DNA from: a bacterium
Lineage (GTDB): Bacteria > JADJOY01
Direction of reading: 5' to 3'
NCBI GenBank assembly: GCA_046331705.1
Contig: JAXLQJ010000026.1
Location: forward strand, 62,001 to 100,883
Length of the DNA stretch: 38,883 nucleotides
The notes beneath the pieces are model-generated. The model was not told where the DNA came from and did not search any database. It saw only the letters and a list, made by a program, of their open reading frames with translations. Shown piece by piece: positions 25,786 through 34,636 of the stretch (its first letter is position 1; each line of letters opens with the position of its first letter). The position numbers and the translations under genes were made by a program.

Positions 25786-27672
25786 TCAGGCGGGCGGCCG
25801 ATCGGCGGCGACGAGCGCGATCTTCTGCTCGACCGATGCGATCACGATCCGCGGCAGCTCGATCGCTTGGCCGGCGTACGCCCAGCTCACGAAGGGGGCG
25901 TTGAGCCGATCGTAGTTCCAGCGCGCCTCGACCGTGAGCGGACCCACGGCCGAGCTCGGGATCGGCAGGGCGAGCTCGTGGCTGGTGGTGCGGTTCGGAT
26001 CGATGGCTCGAACGTGCCGCTCCGCTTGCTCCCAGACTCGATGGCGATCGATCGGCCGACCCTCGCCGTCGCTCACCCAACCACCGAGACGGATCACGCC
26101 GTCGTCGCGCGGCGCGACGCCTCCGGGCTGGCCGGACGCGTAGACCAACGCACCCTGCGCATCGACCACCCGCACCTCGAGCCACACGTCGTAGAGATCG
26201 ATCACGCCGCTCGGGAACGGATGACCGATCCCGACGTTCGAGGTCGCGATCCGCAGCCGAAGCTCGGCGCCGGCACGCGCCGGCCCCAGCGGCTCGATCG
26301 CCATGAAGAGCCACACGGCCTTGCTCTGGTTCTTCTGCGTGGGACGACGTAGCTCCCAGAACGCGTCCAGCGCGCGCGTCTCGAAGCGCCCCGTCACCCA
26401 GTCGGTCACCTTCCGCTCCATCTCCTCGTCGTGCACCAAGCGCGGCAGCACCACGTTGGCGCCCACCAGGTAATGCGGCTTGCGCTGGCCACTTTCCGAG
26501 AACGGCTGCTGCATCGTCATGTGGCAATCGATGCAGCGGACGGCGGTGAACCCGGTGGCCTCACGACGCGGGATGTGCTCTTGGTGACAGGCCAGGCACG
26601 ACGCGTCCTGGTCGATGAGCGTCGGACGCATGACGCGGGCATGCGCCGCCGGATCGAGCTGGATCAAGCGCGCGCTCGTCGAACGTTCGAAGTCGCGCGC
26701 CGCCGCATCGCCCGCCGCGGGGAAGAGCCCCAGATGATCGAGCTGCAGATCGATGCGGAATCCCTCGGGCACGTCGCCCGCGTAGCGGCGACCGGGATGC
26801 TCCGCCAGCGAGGCCGCACCCATGCTGTGGCAGACGAGGCAACCGAGTCCGTGCTCGACGACCGTGCCTGCGCTCGTCGCCGCGGCGGGCTCCTCGCCGA
26901 CCACGCTGCTGGGCGCGTGACACGACCCGCAGAATCGCGACGCGGGCGCACCCCGCTCTGCCGCCAGCAGCGCGACGATCTTCTGGAAGTGGACCGTCTC
27001 GGGCGAGCGGCGATGCGCGCTGCGCTCGAACTCGCGGGTGAGGTCCGCGTGGCACACGCTGCCCACGCCGCACGTCGAGCTCATGGCGAGCGCGCGCCGC
27101 TCCACGGACGGCGACGTCGCTGCGGCCGCGATCGGCGCGGCTCCGTGCAGCAGCTCGTCGAAGTGGATCGAGAAACGCAGCCAGCTCGGCCGATCGAGCG
27201 CGAGGACCGCCGTCCACACCAGCACCACGGACACGCCGATCCACGTCGGACGCGCGATCGTGAGGCGCTCGCGAAAGCGGGTCCAGCGCGCGCGGTCGCG
27301 CAGCGCGAGCCACGTGGTGCGCAGCACGTGCAGGCCGAAGACCGGCAGCATCGCCCAGCCGATCCAGCCGTGAAGCTCGACGAAGCGGCGGTTGGCGCGG
27401 CTCAGCGACAGCGGCGCGAGCCCGCTCAGCACGCACGCGACCCACGCGAGCGCGAGTAGCGCGCCGAGCAGCGCGCCGATCTTCGCCGTGCTCCAGCCCT
27501 TGTCGCGGACGTGGGCCCGCAGATAGCCGATCGACGCGAGCGCCGCGAGCACGCCGAGCAACGGGTGGATCAACAGGTGCGCGCGAAAGAGCGCCGTCCA
27601 CGTCGGGCGGAGCTCGACGTAGAAGCCAGTCAACGCCGCCAGCGCCAGCAGCACGAAGAAGACGGCGCGCAT
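25786..27672 (-). CDS. Membrane-anchored multiheme cytochrome c (c554/c552-like) with a His-rich TM N-terminus
   Basis: CGSCH, CLVCH, CLACH, CIDCH, plus extended CGVGSVCH. N-terminal TM helices carry His residues, and the C-terminal region has GHPFPSG..D..DVWLEV. Start at ATG 27672. Confidence 0.85.
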   Translation of the reverse strand: MRAVFFVLLALAALTGFYVELRPTWTALFRAHLLIHPLLGVLAALASIGYLRAHVRDKGWSTAKIGALLGALLALAWVACVLSGLAPLSLSRANRRFVELHGWIGWAMLPVFGLHVLRTTWLALRDRARWTRFRERLTIARPTWIGVSVVLVWTAVLALDRPSWLRFSIHFDELLHGAAPIAAAATSPSVERRALAMSSTCGVGSVCHADLTREFERSAHRRSPETVHFQKIVALLAAERGAPASRFCGSCHAPSSVVGEEPAAATSAGTVVEHGLGCLVCHSMGAASLAEHPGRRYAGDVPEGFRIDLQLDHLGLFPAAGDAAARDFERSTSARLIQLDPAAHARVMRPTLIDQDASCLACHQEHIPRREATGFTAVRCIDCHMTMQQPFSESGQRKPHYLVGANVVLPRLVHDEEMERKVTDWVTGRFETRALDAFWELRRPTQKNQSKAVWLFMAIEPLGPARAGAELRLRIATSNVGIGHPFPSGVIDLYDVWLEVRVVDAQGALVYASGQPGGVAPRDDGVIRLGGWVSDGEGRPIDRHRVWEQAERHVRAIDPNRTTSHELALPIPSSAVGPLTVEARWNYDRLNAPFVSWAYAGQAIELPRIVIASVEQKIALVAADRPPA

Positions 27673-27875
27673 GCGGAACCGATTCGAGGAGACCGAGCGG
27701 GATGCTCGACCTGCGAGAGCGCTCGAGCGGTGGGCCCGCGCGAAGGGGACGACGCGCTGCTGCGCAGCGCATCGGGGTCGCGAGCGCCAGCCCGGGCCGG
27801 CGAGTCGCGCCGAGCTTACCACGCGCATCGCGCACGACCGCCGCGGCCGCGGGACCCCTGCTACGCTCGGGCCGC

Positions 27876-30446
27876 GTGAGCGTTCGCATCTCGACTCCTC
27901 GCGCGGTCTGCACGATCGCGTCGGCCAACTATCTGGCGCAAGTGCGGACCCTCGCCGCGTCGCTGCGCGCGGTCCATCCCGAGCTACCGCTCTTCGTGCT
28001 GCTCTGCGATCGAGTCGCGGACCGGGTGGATGCGAGCGCCGAGAGCTTCGAGCTCACGCTCGCCGAGGAGCTGCCGAACCTGCCCGCGGTGGCGCCGCTC
28101 TTCTTCAAGTACGACGTCCTCGAGCTCAACACCGCGCTCAAGCCGTTCTTCCTCGAGCACCTCCTCGAGCGGCACGGCATCGAACGCCTGCTCTTCCTCG
28201 ACCCGGATTGCTGGGTCACGGGACCGCTGACGGGTGCGTTCGACGCGCTCGACGGCTGCTCGATCGCCCTCACGCCGCACCTGCTGGAACCGATCCGCGA
28301 TCGCGCCCGCCCCTCGGAGCTCGACATCCTGCGGGCCGGTGTCTTCAACCTGGGATTCCTCGGGCTGCGCGCCGGCGCGAGCGCGACCACGCTGCTCGGC
28401 TGGTGGAAGGCGCGGCTCTACGAGCGCGGCGAGATGTCTCCCGAGCGCGGGGTGCACGTCGATCAGCGGTGGATGGACCTCGCGCCCCAGTTCTTCCCAG
28501 GCACGCGCGCGCTCGACGACCCCGCGCTCAACGTCGGCTACTGGAACCTGCACGAGCGCGCCGGCCGTCTGCACCAGCGCGATGGACGCTGGATGATGGG
28601 CGAGGCACCGCTCGCGTTCTTCCACTTCAGCGGCTTCGATCCCCGCGATCCCGGCTGCGTATCGCGCTATCAGGATCGCCATCGGCTCGCCGACCTGCCT
28701 GCGCTCGCGCCGCTCTTCCTGGGCTACGCACGAGCGCTGCGCGAGCACGGCTGGGAACGATGTCAGGCGCTCCCCTACGCGTATCGCGACTTCGACCGCG
28801 GCATCCGAATCCCGCCCGCCGCGCGCCGCGCCTATCGCGAGCTGGGCGAAGCCGCGGCACGCTTCGGAGATCCCTTTCGCACCACCGGCGGGCACGGCTT
28901 CTTCGCCTGGCTCACCGAGGTCGTGACCGATGCGGCCGCCGACGACGCACCCGGCTTGACTCGCCTTCATCTCACGATCTGGCAGGGCCGCCCCGATCTG
29001 CAGCGGATCTTCCCGCGCCCCTGGTCCGACGACCGCCGCGCGTTCGCACGCTGGCTCTGCGAGCGCGCCGAGCAGGAATGCGATCTGGATCCGCTGCTGT
29101 TGCCGCGCCGCTCCCGGGAATCCCCGAGCCCGGGCGGCGCGTCCGCGCAACGCGCCCGCCGCGCCGTCGCTCGCACCGTGCTGCGCTTCGGCGCTCCACT
29201 CGAAAGCCGGATCGTCGAGACGCTGGGGCGCCGTTCGGTGGCGCTCGAGCGGGCCCGTGCCTGGAAGCGCCGCATCGAGAGCGAGACCACGCCAGCGGAC
29301 GTCGACGCCGCCCACCGGGCACCGCGCGCGCGCCGCGGCGTCGTGACTCCGCTCGGCTTCGGCGTGAACGCGCTCGGCGAGGGCGACGAGCCGTTCCGTG
29401 TCGCCGGATGGGTCACGGCTTCCGCCGCCGCGCTCGCAGCGGCCGGAGTCCCCCACACGGTGGTGGATGTCACCCGCGGGAAGGCCGTCTGCGAGGAGCG
29501 CTTCGGCATCAACCTCGTCCACGCCGATCCCGCGGGGGTCGCGGCGCTGCGGACACGGCTCGGCCCCGGATTCTTCCTCGGACGACGCAACATCGGCCTG
29601 TGGACGTGGGAGGTGGCGCCCTTCCCCGAATGCTGGCCCGACGCCCATCGCTCGTTCGACGAGATCTGGGTAGGGAGCCGCCACGCGCAGTCGCTGCTGT
29701 CCCGAGCGCTGCCGATCCCGGTGGTGCACGTCCCGCCGCCGCTCTACGTGGCCACCCACGTGGATTCGAGCGGCGCGCGCGCCCGATTCGGCATCCCGGA
29801 GGGCGCCTTCGCGTACCTGAGCTGTTTCGAGGCGGGCGCCGGCTTCGAGCGGCGCAACCCGATCGGCGCCGTGCACGCTTTTCAGCAAGCGTTTCGCGGG
29901 GGCGAAGCGGCGGCGCTGGTCCTCGTCACCGACGCGTCCGAGGACGGCGCCGCGAATCTCGCGGCGTTACGCGAGGCGATCGCGGACGACTCGCGCATCG
30001 TGCTGATCGATCGACGCCTCGCGCGCGAGGAGATGCTCGGCCTCTGCGCCGCCTGCGACGCCTTCCTCTCGCTGCACCGCGCGGTCGGGCTCGGCCGCTC
30101 CATGGCCGAAGCGCTCTCGTTCGGTAAGCCTGTGATCGCCACGGGCTACTCGGGCAACCTCGACTTCATGACGCCGAGCAACTCGTTCCTGATCGTGAAC
30201 GAAGAGGTGACGCTCGGCGAGCCGCGCGGCGCGTTCGGCGCCGGAAGTCGCTGGGCCGAGCCCGACCTCGCCCACGCCGCCGAGCTGGCGCGCATGGTGT
30301 TTCGTTACCGGGATCTCGGCGCCGCGCGGGGTGCGCGCGGAGCCCGGGATCTCGCCGCGCGCCACGGTGCCTCGGACTGCGGCCGCGCCATGCTCGACCG
30401 CCTGCACCGGCTCGCTCCCGATCTGGTGGTCACGGAGCGCGAATGA
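27876..30446 (+). CDS. Two-domain glycosyltransferase (GT-A-like N-terminus plus GT4/GT-B C-terminus)
   Basis: N-terminal CTIASANY, ELNTALKP, FLDPD, FNLGF, DQRWMD, NVGYWNL, FHFSG. C-terminal IGLWTWE, DEIWV, RRNP, SLHR...AEA..GKPVIATGYSGN, WAEPD. Start taken at GTG 27876. Confidence 0.88.
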   Translation: MSVRISTPRAVCTIASANYLAQVRTLAASLRAVHPELPLFVLLCDRVADRVDASAESFELTLAEELPNLPAVAPLFFKYDVLELNTALKPFFLEHLLERHGIERLLFLDPDCWVTGPLTGAFDALDGCSIALTPHLLEPIRDRARPSELDILRAGVFNLGFLGLRAGASATTLLGWWKARLYERGEMSPERGVHVDQRWMDLAPQFFPGTRALDDPALNVGYWNLHERAGRLHQRDGRWMMGEAPLAFFHFSGFDPRDPGCVSRYQDRHRLADLPALAPLFLGYARALREHGWERCQALPYAYRDFDRGIRIPPAARRAYRELGEAAARFGDPFRTTGGHGFFAWLTEVVTDAAADDAPGLTRLHLTIWQGRPDLQRIFPRPWSDDRRAFARWLCERAEQECDLDPLLLPRRSRESPSPGGASAQRARRAVARTVLRFGAPLESRIVETLGRRSVALERARAWKRRIESETTPADVDAAHRAPRARRGVVTPLGFGVNALGEGDEPFRVAGWVTASAAALAAAGVPHTVVDVTRGKAVCEERFGINLVHADPAGVAALRTRLGPGFFLGRRNIGLWTWEVAPFPECWPDAHRSFDEIWVGSRHAQSLLSRALPIPVVHVPPPLYVATHVDSSGARARFGIPEGAFAYLSCFEAGAGFERRNPIGAVHAFQQAFRGGEAAALVLVTDASEDGAANLAALREAIADDSRIVLIDRRLAREEMLGLCAACDAFLSLHRAVGLGRSMAEALSFGKPVIATGYSGNLDFMTPSNSFLIVNEEVTLGEPRGAFGAGSRWAEPDLAHAAELARMVFRYRDLGAARGARGARDLAARHGASDCGRAMLDRLHRLAPDLVVTERE

Positions 30447-32350
30447 GCGACGTCGCCGATCGGCTCGCCTCCTTCGGCAAGCAGCTCTCGGCGCCGCTCG
30501 AGGTGTTCCGGCGCATCGAGCCGGGCATGAGCATCTTCCTGAGCACCGACCCGGGCGAGCCGCGCACGCTGGTGCGTCACCTGCTTCGCTCGGACCTGGG
30601 CAACCTGCGCGATCTGGAGCTGATCCACATCGTCAGCCTGGGCGACGTCCTCACCCTGCAATCCCTGGAGGAGAGCCGCTTTCGGCTCAAGACGTTCTTC
30701 GCCAGCTCGCTCGCGAACGACGCGCTCACGCAAGGCCGGATCGACTTCATCCCCGCGGCCTTCTCGACCATTCCGTCGCTCATCCAGAGCGGCGCGGTGC
30801 GCGTGGACGTCGCTTTCGTGCAGATCTCGCCACCCGACGACAGCGGCTACGCGAGCTTCGGCGTGGTCGTGGATGCGGCGCGCGCCGCCATCGAACGCGC
30901 CTCGCTGGTGGTGGCGGAGGTCAACCCGCAAGCGCCGCGCACGCTGGGCGACTCGTTCATCCACGTGAGCGAGATCGACCATTTCGTCGAGGCGGAGATC
31001 CGTCCCTTCTACTTCTTTCGCTGGGAGCAGGACGAGACGTTCGACAAGGTCGCGCGGAACGTGGCGACGCTGATCGAGGACGGCAGCTGCCTCGGCTGGT
31101 CGATCGGCCCGATGTTCGACGCTCTCGGCCGCCACCTCACGGGCAAGCGCGACCTCGGCCTGCATTCGCTGATGCTCACCGACGCGGTCATGGACCTGAT
31201 CAAGAGCGGCGCGGTCACCAACCGCCGCAAGCGTCTGTTCCGCGGCAAGACCGTGGCGTCGTGGGTGCTGGGCGCCGCGGAGCTGCACGCCTGGCTCGAT
31301 CGCAACCCGCTGATCGAGATGCAGGGCATCGACGTCACCGCCTCGCCCGAGATCATCGGCCAGCTCGACCGCTTCGTCGCGGCGGTGCAGACCCGCAAGG
31401 TCGATCTGACGGGACGCGTGGCGCTGCACACCGGCAAGGGCAACGTCGCGGCGGGGCCGAGCGAGGTCATCGAGCAGCTGGTGGGCGCGCGGCTCTCGAA
31501 GGGCGGGAAGACCCTGGCGGCGCTGCCGAGTCGCAACCGCTCGGGCCAGAGCAACATCGTGCTCTCCACGGACGGCTTGCCGAACGCGATCCCCAATCGC
31601 GAGTCCTTCGACTTCGTGGTGACCGACTACGGCGCGGCCTACCTGGCGGGACGGACCCTGCGGGAACGTGCGCAGGCGCTCATCGACATCGCCCATCCCG
31701 ACGATCGCGCCGGCTTGGTGAGCGCCGCGAAGGACGCAGGAATCCTCTACCGGGACCAGATCTTCTTCGCCGACTCCGGACGGCTCTATCCCGCCGAGGT
31801 GGCCACCACGCGCACCTTCAAGGACGGCGTCGAGGTGCGCTTCCGCGCCATCAAGCCCTCCGACGAAGAGGAGATGCGACGGCTCTTCTATCGGTTCTCC
31901 GACGAAGCGGTGTATTACCGGTACTTCAGCCGGCTCAAGACGATGCCGCACACGAAGATGCAGGCCTACACGACCGTGGACTACCGGACCACGATGTCGA
32001 TCGTGGCCGTGGTCGGCGAGCCGGGCGCCGATCACCTGATCGGCGAAGCACGCTACGTCCAGCTGCCTGGCAGCAAGTACGCCGACTTCGCGCTGATCGT
32101 CGACGACGCCTACCAGGGCAAGGGAATCGCGAGCTTCATGTTCCTGTACCTGATCCAGCTCGCGAAGGAGCGCGGCCTCGAGGGCTTGAGCGCCAGCGTG
32201 CTCGCGACGAACAAGCGGGTGCTGCGCATCCTCGAGAAATCGCCGCACCCCATCCAGGCGCGGGTCGACAGCGGCGTCTACGAGCTGATCATCCCCTTCG
32301 ACCGCGCCGCCTCGGCCACCGGATCGAAGCTCGTCTTCACCCGACCATGA
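30443..32350 (+). CDS. Acetyl-CoA hydrolase/transferase-like domain fused to a C-terminal GNAT acetyltransferase
   Basis: DVAFVQISPPD..GYASFG, EVNPQAPRTLGD, DLTG, VVTDYG, RERAQALIDIAHPD. GNAT part: FRAIKPSD...YYRYF...IVDDAYQGKGIA. ATGA overlap with the GT gene. Confidence 0.92.
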   Translation: MSDVADRLASFGKQLSAPLEVFRRIEPGMSIFLSTDPGEPRTLVRHLLRSDLGNLRDLELIHIVSLGDVLTLQSLEESRFRLKTFFASSLANDALTQGRIDFIPAAFSTIPSLIQSGAVRVDVAFVQISPPDDSGYASFGVVVDAARAAIERASLVVAEVNPQAPRTLGDSFIHVSEIDHFVEAEIRPFYFFRWEQDETFDKVARNVATLIEDGSCLGWSIGPMFDALGRHLTGKRDLGLHSLMLTDAVMDLIKSGAVTNRRKRLFRGKTVASWVLGAAELHAWLDRNPLIEMQGIDVTASPEIIGQLDRFVAAVQTRKVDLTGRVALHTGKGNVAAGPSEVIEQLVGARLSKGGKTLAALPSRNRSGQSNIVLSTDGLPNAIPNRESFDFVVTDYGAAYLAGRTLRERAQALIDIAHPDDRAGLVSAAKDAGILYRDQIFFADSGRLYPAEVATTRTFKDGVEVRFRAIKPSDEEEMRRLFYRFSDEAVYYRYFSRLKTMPHTKMQAYTTVDYRTTMSIVAVVGEPGADHLIGEARYVQLPGSKYADFALIVDDAYQGKGIASFMFLYLIQLAKERGLEGLSASVLATNKRVLRILEKSPHPIQARVDSGVYELIIPFDRAASATGSKLVFTRP

Positions 32351-33006
32351 GCGCCGCGCCGCGATCCCCGCTGCGATCGGCGCTCGCCGCCGCTCGCGCG
32401 CTGAGCCTCGGCCTGCTCGCGGCGTGCGCGTCGGCCGAGAGCGGTCCCGCGCCGCGCTCCGCCTCCGTGGCCGCCGCGGCACCGAACCCGTCCGTCACCG
32501 CGCAAGACTTGGTCCAGACCGCGAATCGGCTGCTCGACAAGCTGCTCGTCGACCTCAAGACGCGCCTGACGGATGCGATGAGCACGGGCGGCCCAGCGGC
32601 GGCCATCGAGGTCTGTGCAACCGAGGCCCAACGCATCACCTCGGCCGTCCCGGAGATCGCCGCGGCGGGAATGGAAGCGAAGGTCGGACGCTCGAGCCTC
32701 AAGCTCCGCAACCCGGCGAACCGCGCGCCGGATTGGGTCCAGCGCTGGCTGGACGTGCAAGGCGAGCGACCCGCGGAGGGCGTCAAGGGGGCGTCTGCCG
32801 TCGTCACCTTGGGCGGCAAGCGAATCGCGCGCGTGCTGAGGCCGATCCCCATCCAGGGCATGTGCCTCACGTGTCACGGCCCCACGTTGATGATCCCCGC
32901 CGACGTCCAGGCCGTCCTGAAGTCGCGCTACCCGGACGACCAGGCGACCGGTTACGCGCTCGGCGCGCTGCGCGGCGTGGCCTGGGCCGAAGTCCGCGCG
33001 GACTGA
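32347..33006 (+). CDS. DUF3365/Tll0287-like monoheme c-type lipoprotein
   Basis: Lipobox LLAAC, GGPAAAIEVC, RSSLKLRNPANRAPDW, CLTCHG, YPDDQATGY..G.LRG. ATGA overlap. Confidence 0.9.
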   Translation: MSAAPRSPLRSALAAARALSLGLLAACASAESGPAPRSASVAAAAPNPSVTAQDLVQTANRLLDKLLVDLKTRLTDAMSTGGPAAAIEVCATEAQRITSAVPEIAAAGMEAKVGRSSLKLRNPANRAPDWVQRWLDVQGERPAEGVKGASAVVTLGGKRIARVLRPIPIQGMCLTCHGPTLMIPADVQAVLKSRYPDDQATGYALGALRGVAWAEVRAD

Positions 33007-33040
33007 GCCCGAGCCCGAGACCGGACCGCGCTGGCCGACG

Positions 33041-33529
33041 TCAACGCGGCAGCGTCTTCGCCACGTCCACGAGCTGATCGAGCGCCTTGCCCCAGCCCGC
33101 GTGGAAGCCCATCTCGGTGTGCTTCTGACACGTCTCTTCGTCTCCGTGGATGGCGATGGCGGTGTACTTCGTCCCCTTGCCGTGCGGCTCGAGCGCGACG
33201 ATCGCCGTGAAGAAAGGCGATTTGGCGGGCCGATAGCCCGGCGTGAGCGCGTCGGTGAACACCAGGCGCCGGTTCTCGACGACCTCGAGGTAGCAGCCGA
33301 CGTTGTCGAACTCCTGCCCCTCGGGCCCTCGCATCACCGTGCGAAAGATCCCGCCCGGGCGCAGGTCGATCTCGCAATCGACCGTGACCCAAGGCGCCGG
33401 CGTGAACCACTTCTTCAGGTGCTCGGGCACCGTCCACGCCATCCACACCAGCTCGGGCGGTACGTCGACCACGCGTTCCAGGACGAGATCGAGCTTCGGA
33501 TCGGGTACGTACAGGTGGGCAGGGCTCAT
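33041..33529 (-). CDS. SRPBCC/AHSA1-like ligand-binding protein
   Basis: [43 protein letters not shown] 33529 overlaps the ArsR stop. Confidence 0.93.
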   Translation of the reverse strand: MSPAHLYVPDPKLDLVLERVVDVPPELVWMAWTVPEHLKKWFTPAPWVTVDCEIDLRPGGIFRTVMRGPEGQEFDNVGCYLEVVENRRLVFTDALTPGYRPAKSPFFTAIVALEPHGKGTKYTAIAIHGDEETCQKHTEMGFHAGWGKALDQLVDVAKTLPR

Positions 33530-33864
33530 TTTCGTTTCTCCTCGAGCTCGTAGAGGTAGCGATCGAGCTGATCGAGACGGCGCTCCCACGTGGTGCGCTG
33601 CCTGACCATCCAGGTTTCGGCGATTTTCAAAGGCTGCGGCGCGAGCCGGTAGGTGCGTACCCGTCCGGCCTTGGTGGAACGGACCAAGCCGCATCCTTCC
33701 AGCACGTCGAGGTGCTGGGAGAAGGACGGCAGCCGCATGTCGAACGGCCGCGCCAGCTCGGTCATGGGCGCGGGGCCGCGGCTCAGCCGCTCCAGCACCG
33801 CGCGTCGGGTGGGGTCGGCGAGCGCCTTGAACACGCGATCGAGCGCGACGGCATGATTAGGCAT
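33526..33864 (-). CDS. ArsR/SmtB-family transcriptional regulator
   Basis: [17 protein letters not shown]...[11 protein letters not shown]....GRVR...WERRLDQL. Alternative start at 33876. Confidence 0.93.
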   Translation of the reverse strand: MPNHAVALDRVFKALADPTRRAVLERLSRGPAPMTELARPFDMRLPSFSQHLDVLEGCGLVRSTKAGRVRTYRLAPQPLKIAETWMVRQRTTWERRLDQLDRYLYELEEKRK

Positions 33865-33908
33865 CGACCTAACCATACCCCCGTCAATCGGTTAGGTCAA
33901 CACCTTTG
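33853..33908. promoter_or_regulatory. Two putative ArsR operators (TTAGG-N6-CCT)
   Basis: ATGATTAGG-CATCGA-CCTAACCAT (33853-33876, covering the start codon) and GGTTAGG-TCAACA-CCTTT (33890-33907). Confidence 0.6.
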
Positions 33909-33977
33909 TATCGAGGGCCGTCGGCGTTGCCCGCGGGCCCCGCTCGCCCCGGCATTCGCCGCGCCCGTCGGCGGCGA

Positions 33978-34015
33978 TTGCGCGAACTAGAGCAATACTC
34001 TAGAGTGATGCTCCA
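33978..34015 (+). promoter_or_regulatory. TetR promoter with tandem operators
   Basis: TTGCGC-N17-TAGAGT (33978-34006), overlapped by the palindrome CTAGAG-N5-CTCTAG (33987-34003) and a second copy TAGAG-N5-CTCCA (34001-34015). Confidence 0.7.
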
Positions 34016-34636
34016 ATGAACGAAACGCGGACCCGAATCGTCGCCGAGGCCACTCGCCAGCTCACCCGGCGGGGCTATGCGGCGTTCACCGTCGCCGCGG
34101 TGCGCGATGCTCTCGGTCTGTCGAGCGGCAGCATGTTCCACGCGTTCGCGTCGAAGCCCGCGCTCGCGGCTGCCGTGTACGTCGCGGGGATGGCGGCCTA
34201 TCAACGCGCGGCAACCGCGGCGATCGGCCCCGCGAGCGAGCCGGCGGCGGCGATTCGATCCTGGGTGGCGGTACACCTCGACTGGATCGAGGCGAATCGC
34301 GACCTGGCGCGCTACCTGTTCTCGACCCTCCCGGACGAGGTGATGGCCGAGGCCGCCGCGCCGCTCGCCGCCCACAACGACGCCTTCTACACGGCGCTCA
34401 CCGGGCTCTTCGATCGCGCTCGAGACGCCGGGCTCGTGGGCGCGCTGCCGCGACCGGTGGCACAGGCGCTCTGCATCGGACCCGCGCACGAGTACGGACG
34501 TCAATGGACACGCGGCGCCGCGACGGTCGCGCCGCACGAGCTGATCCCCACGTTTCAGGACGCAGCGCTGGCCGCTCTCGCCGCCACGGTTCCACCGCGG
34601 CGACGAGCGACGGCAGGAAAGGAGCGCCGCACGTGA
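34016..34636 (+). CDS. TetR-family transcriptional regulator
   Basis: TRTRIVAEA...GYAAFTVAAV...GLSSGSMFHAFASK HTH. Confidence 0.92.
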   Translation: MNETRTRIVAEATRQLTRRGYAAFTVAAVRDALGLSSGSMFHAFASKPALAAAVYVAGMAAYQRAATAAIGPASEPAAAIRSWVAVHLDWIEANRDLARYLFSTLPDEVMAEAAAPLAAHNDAFYTALTGLFDRARDAGLVGALPRPVAQALCIGPAHEYGRQWTRGAATVAPHELIPTFQDAALAALAATVPPRRRATAGKERRT

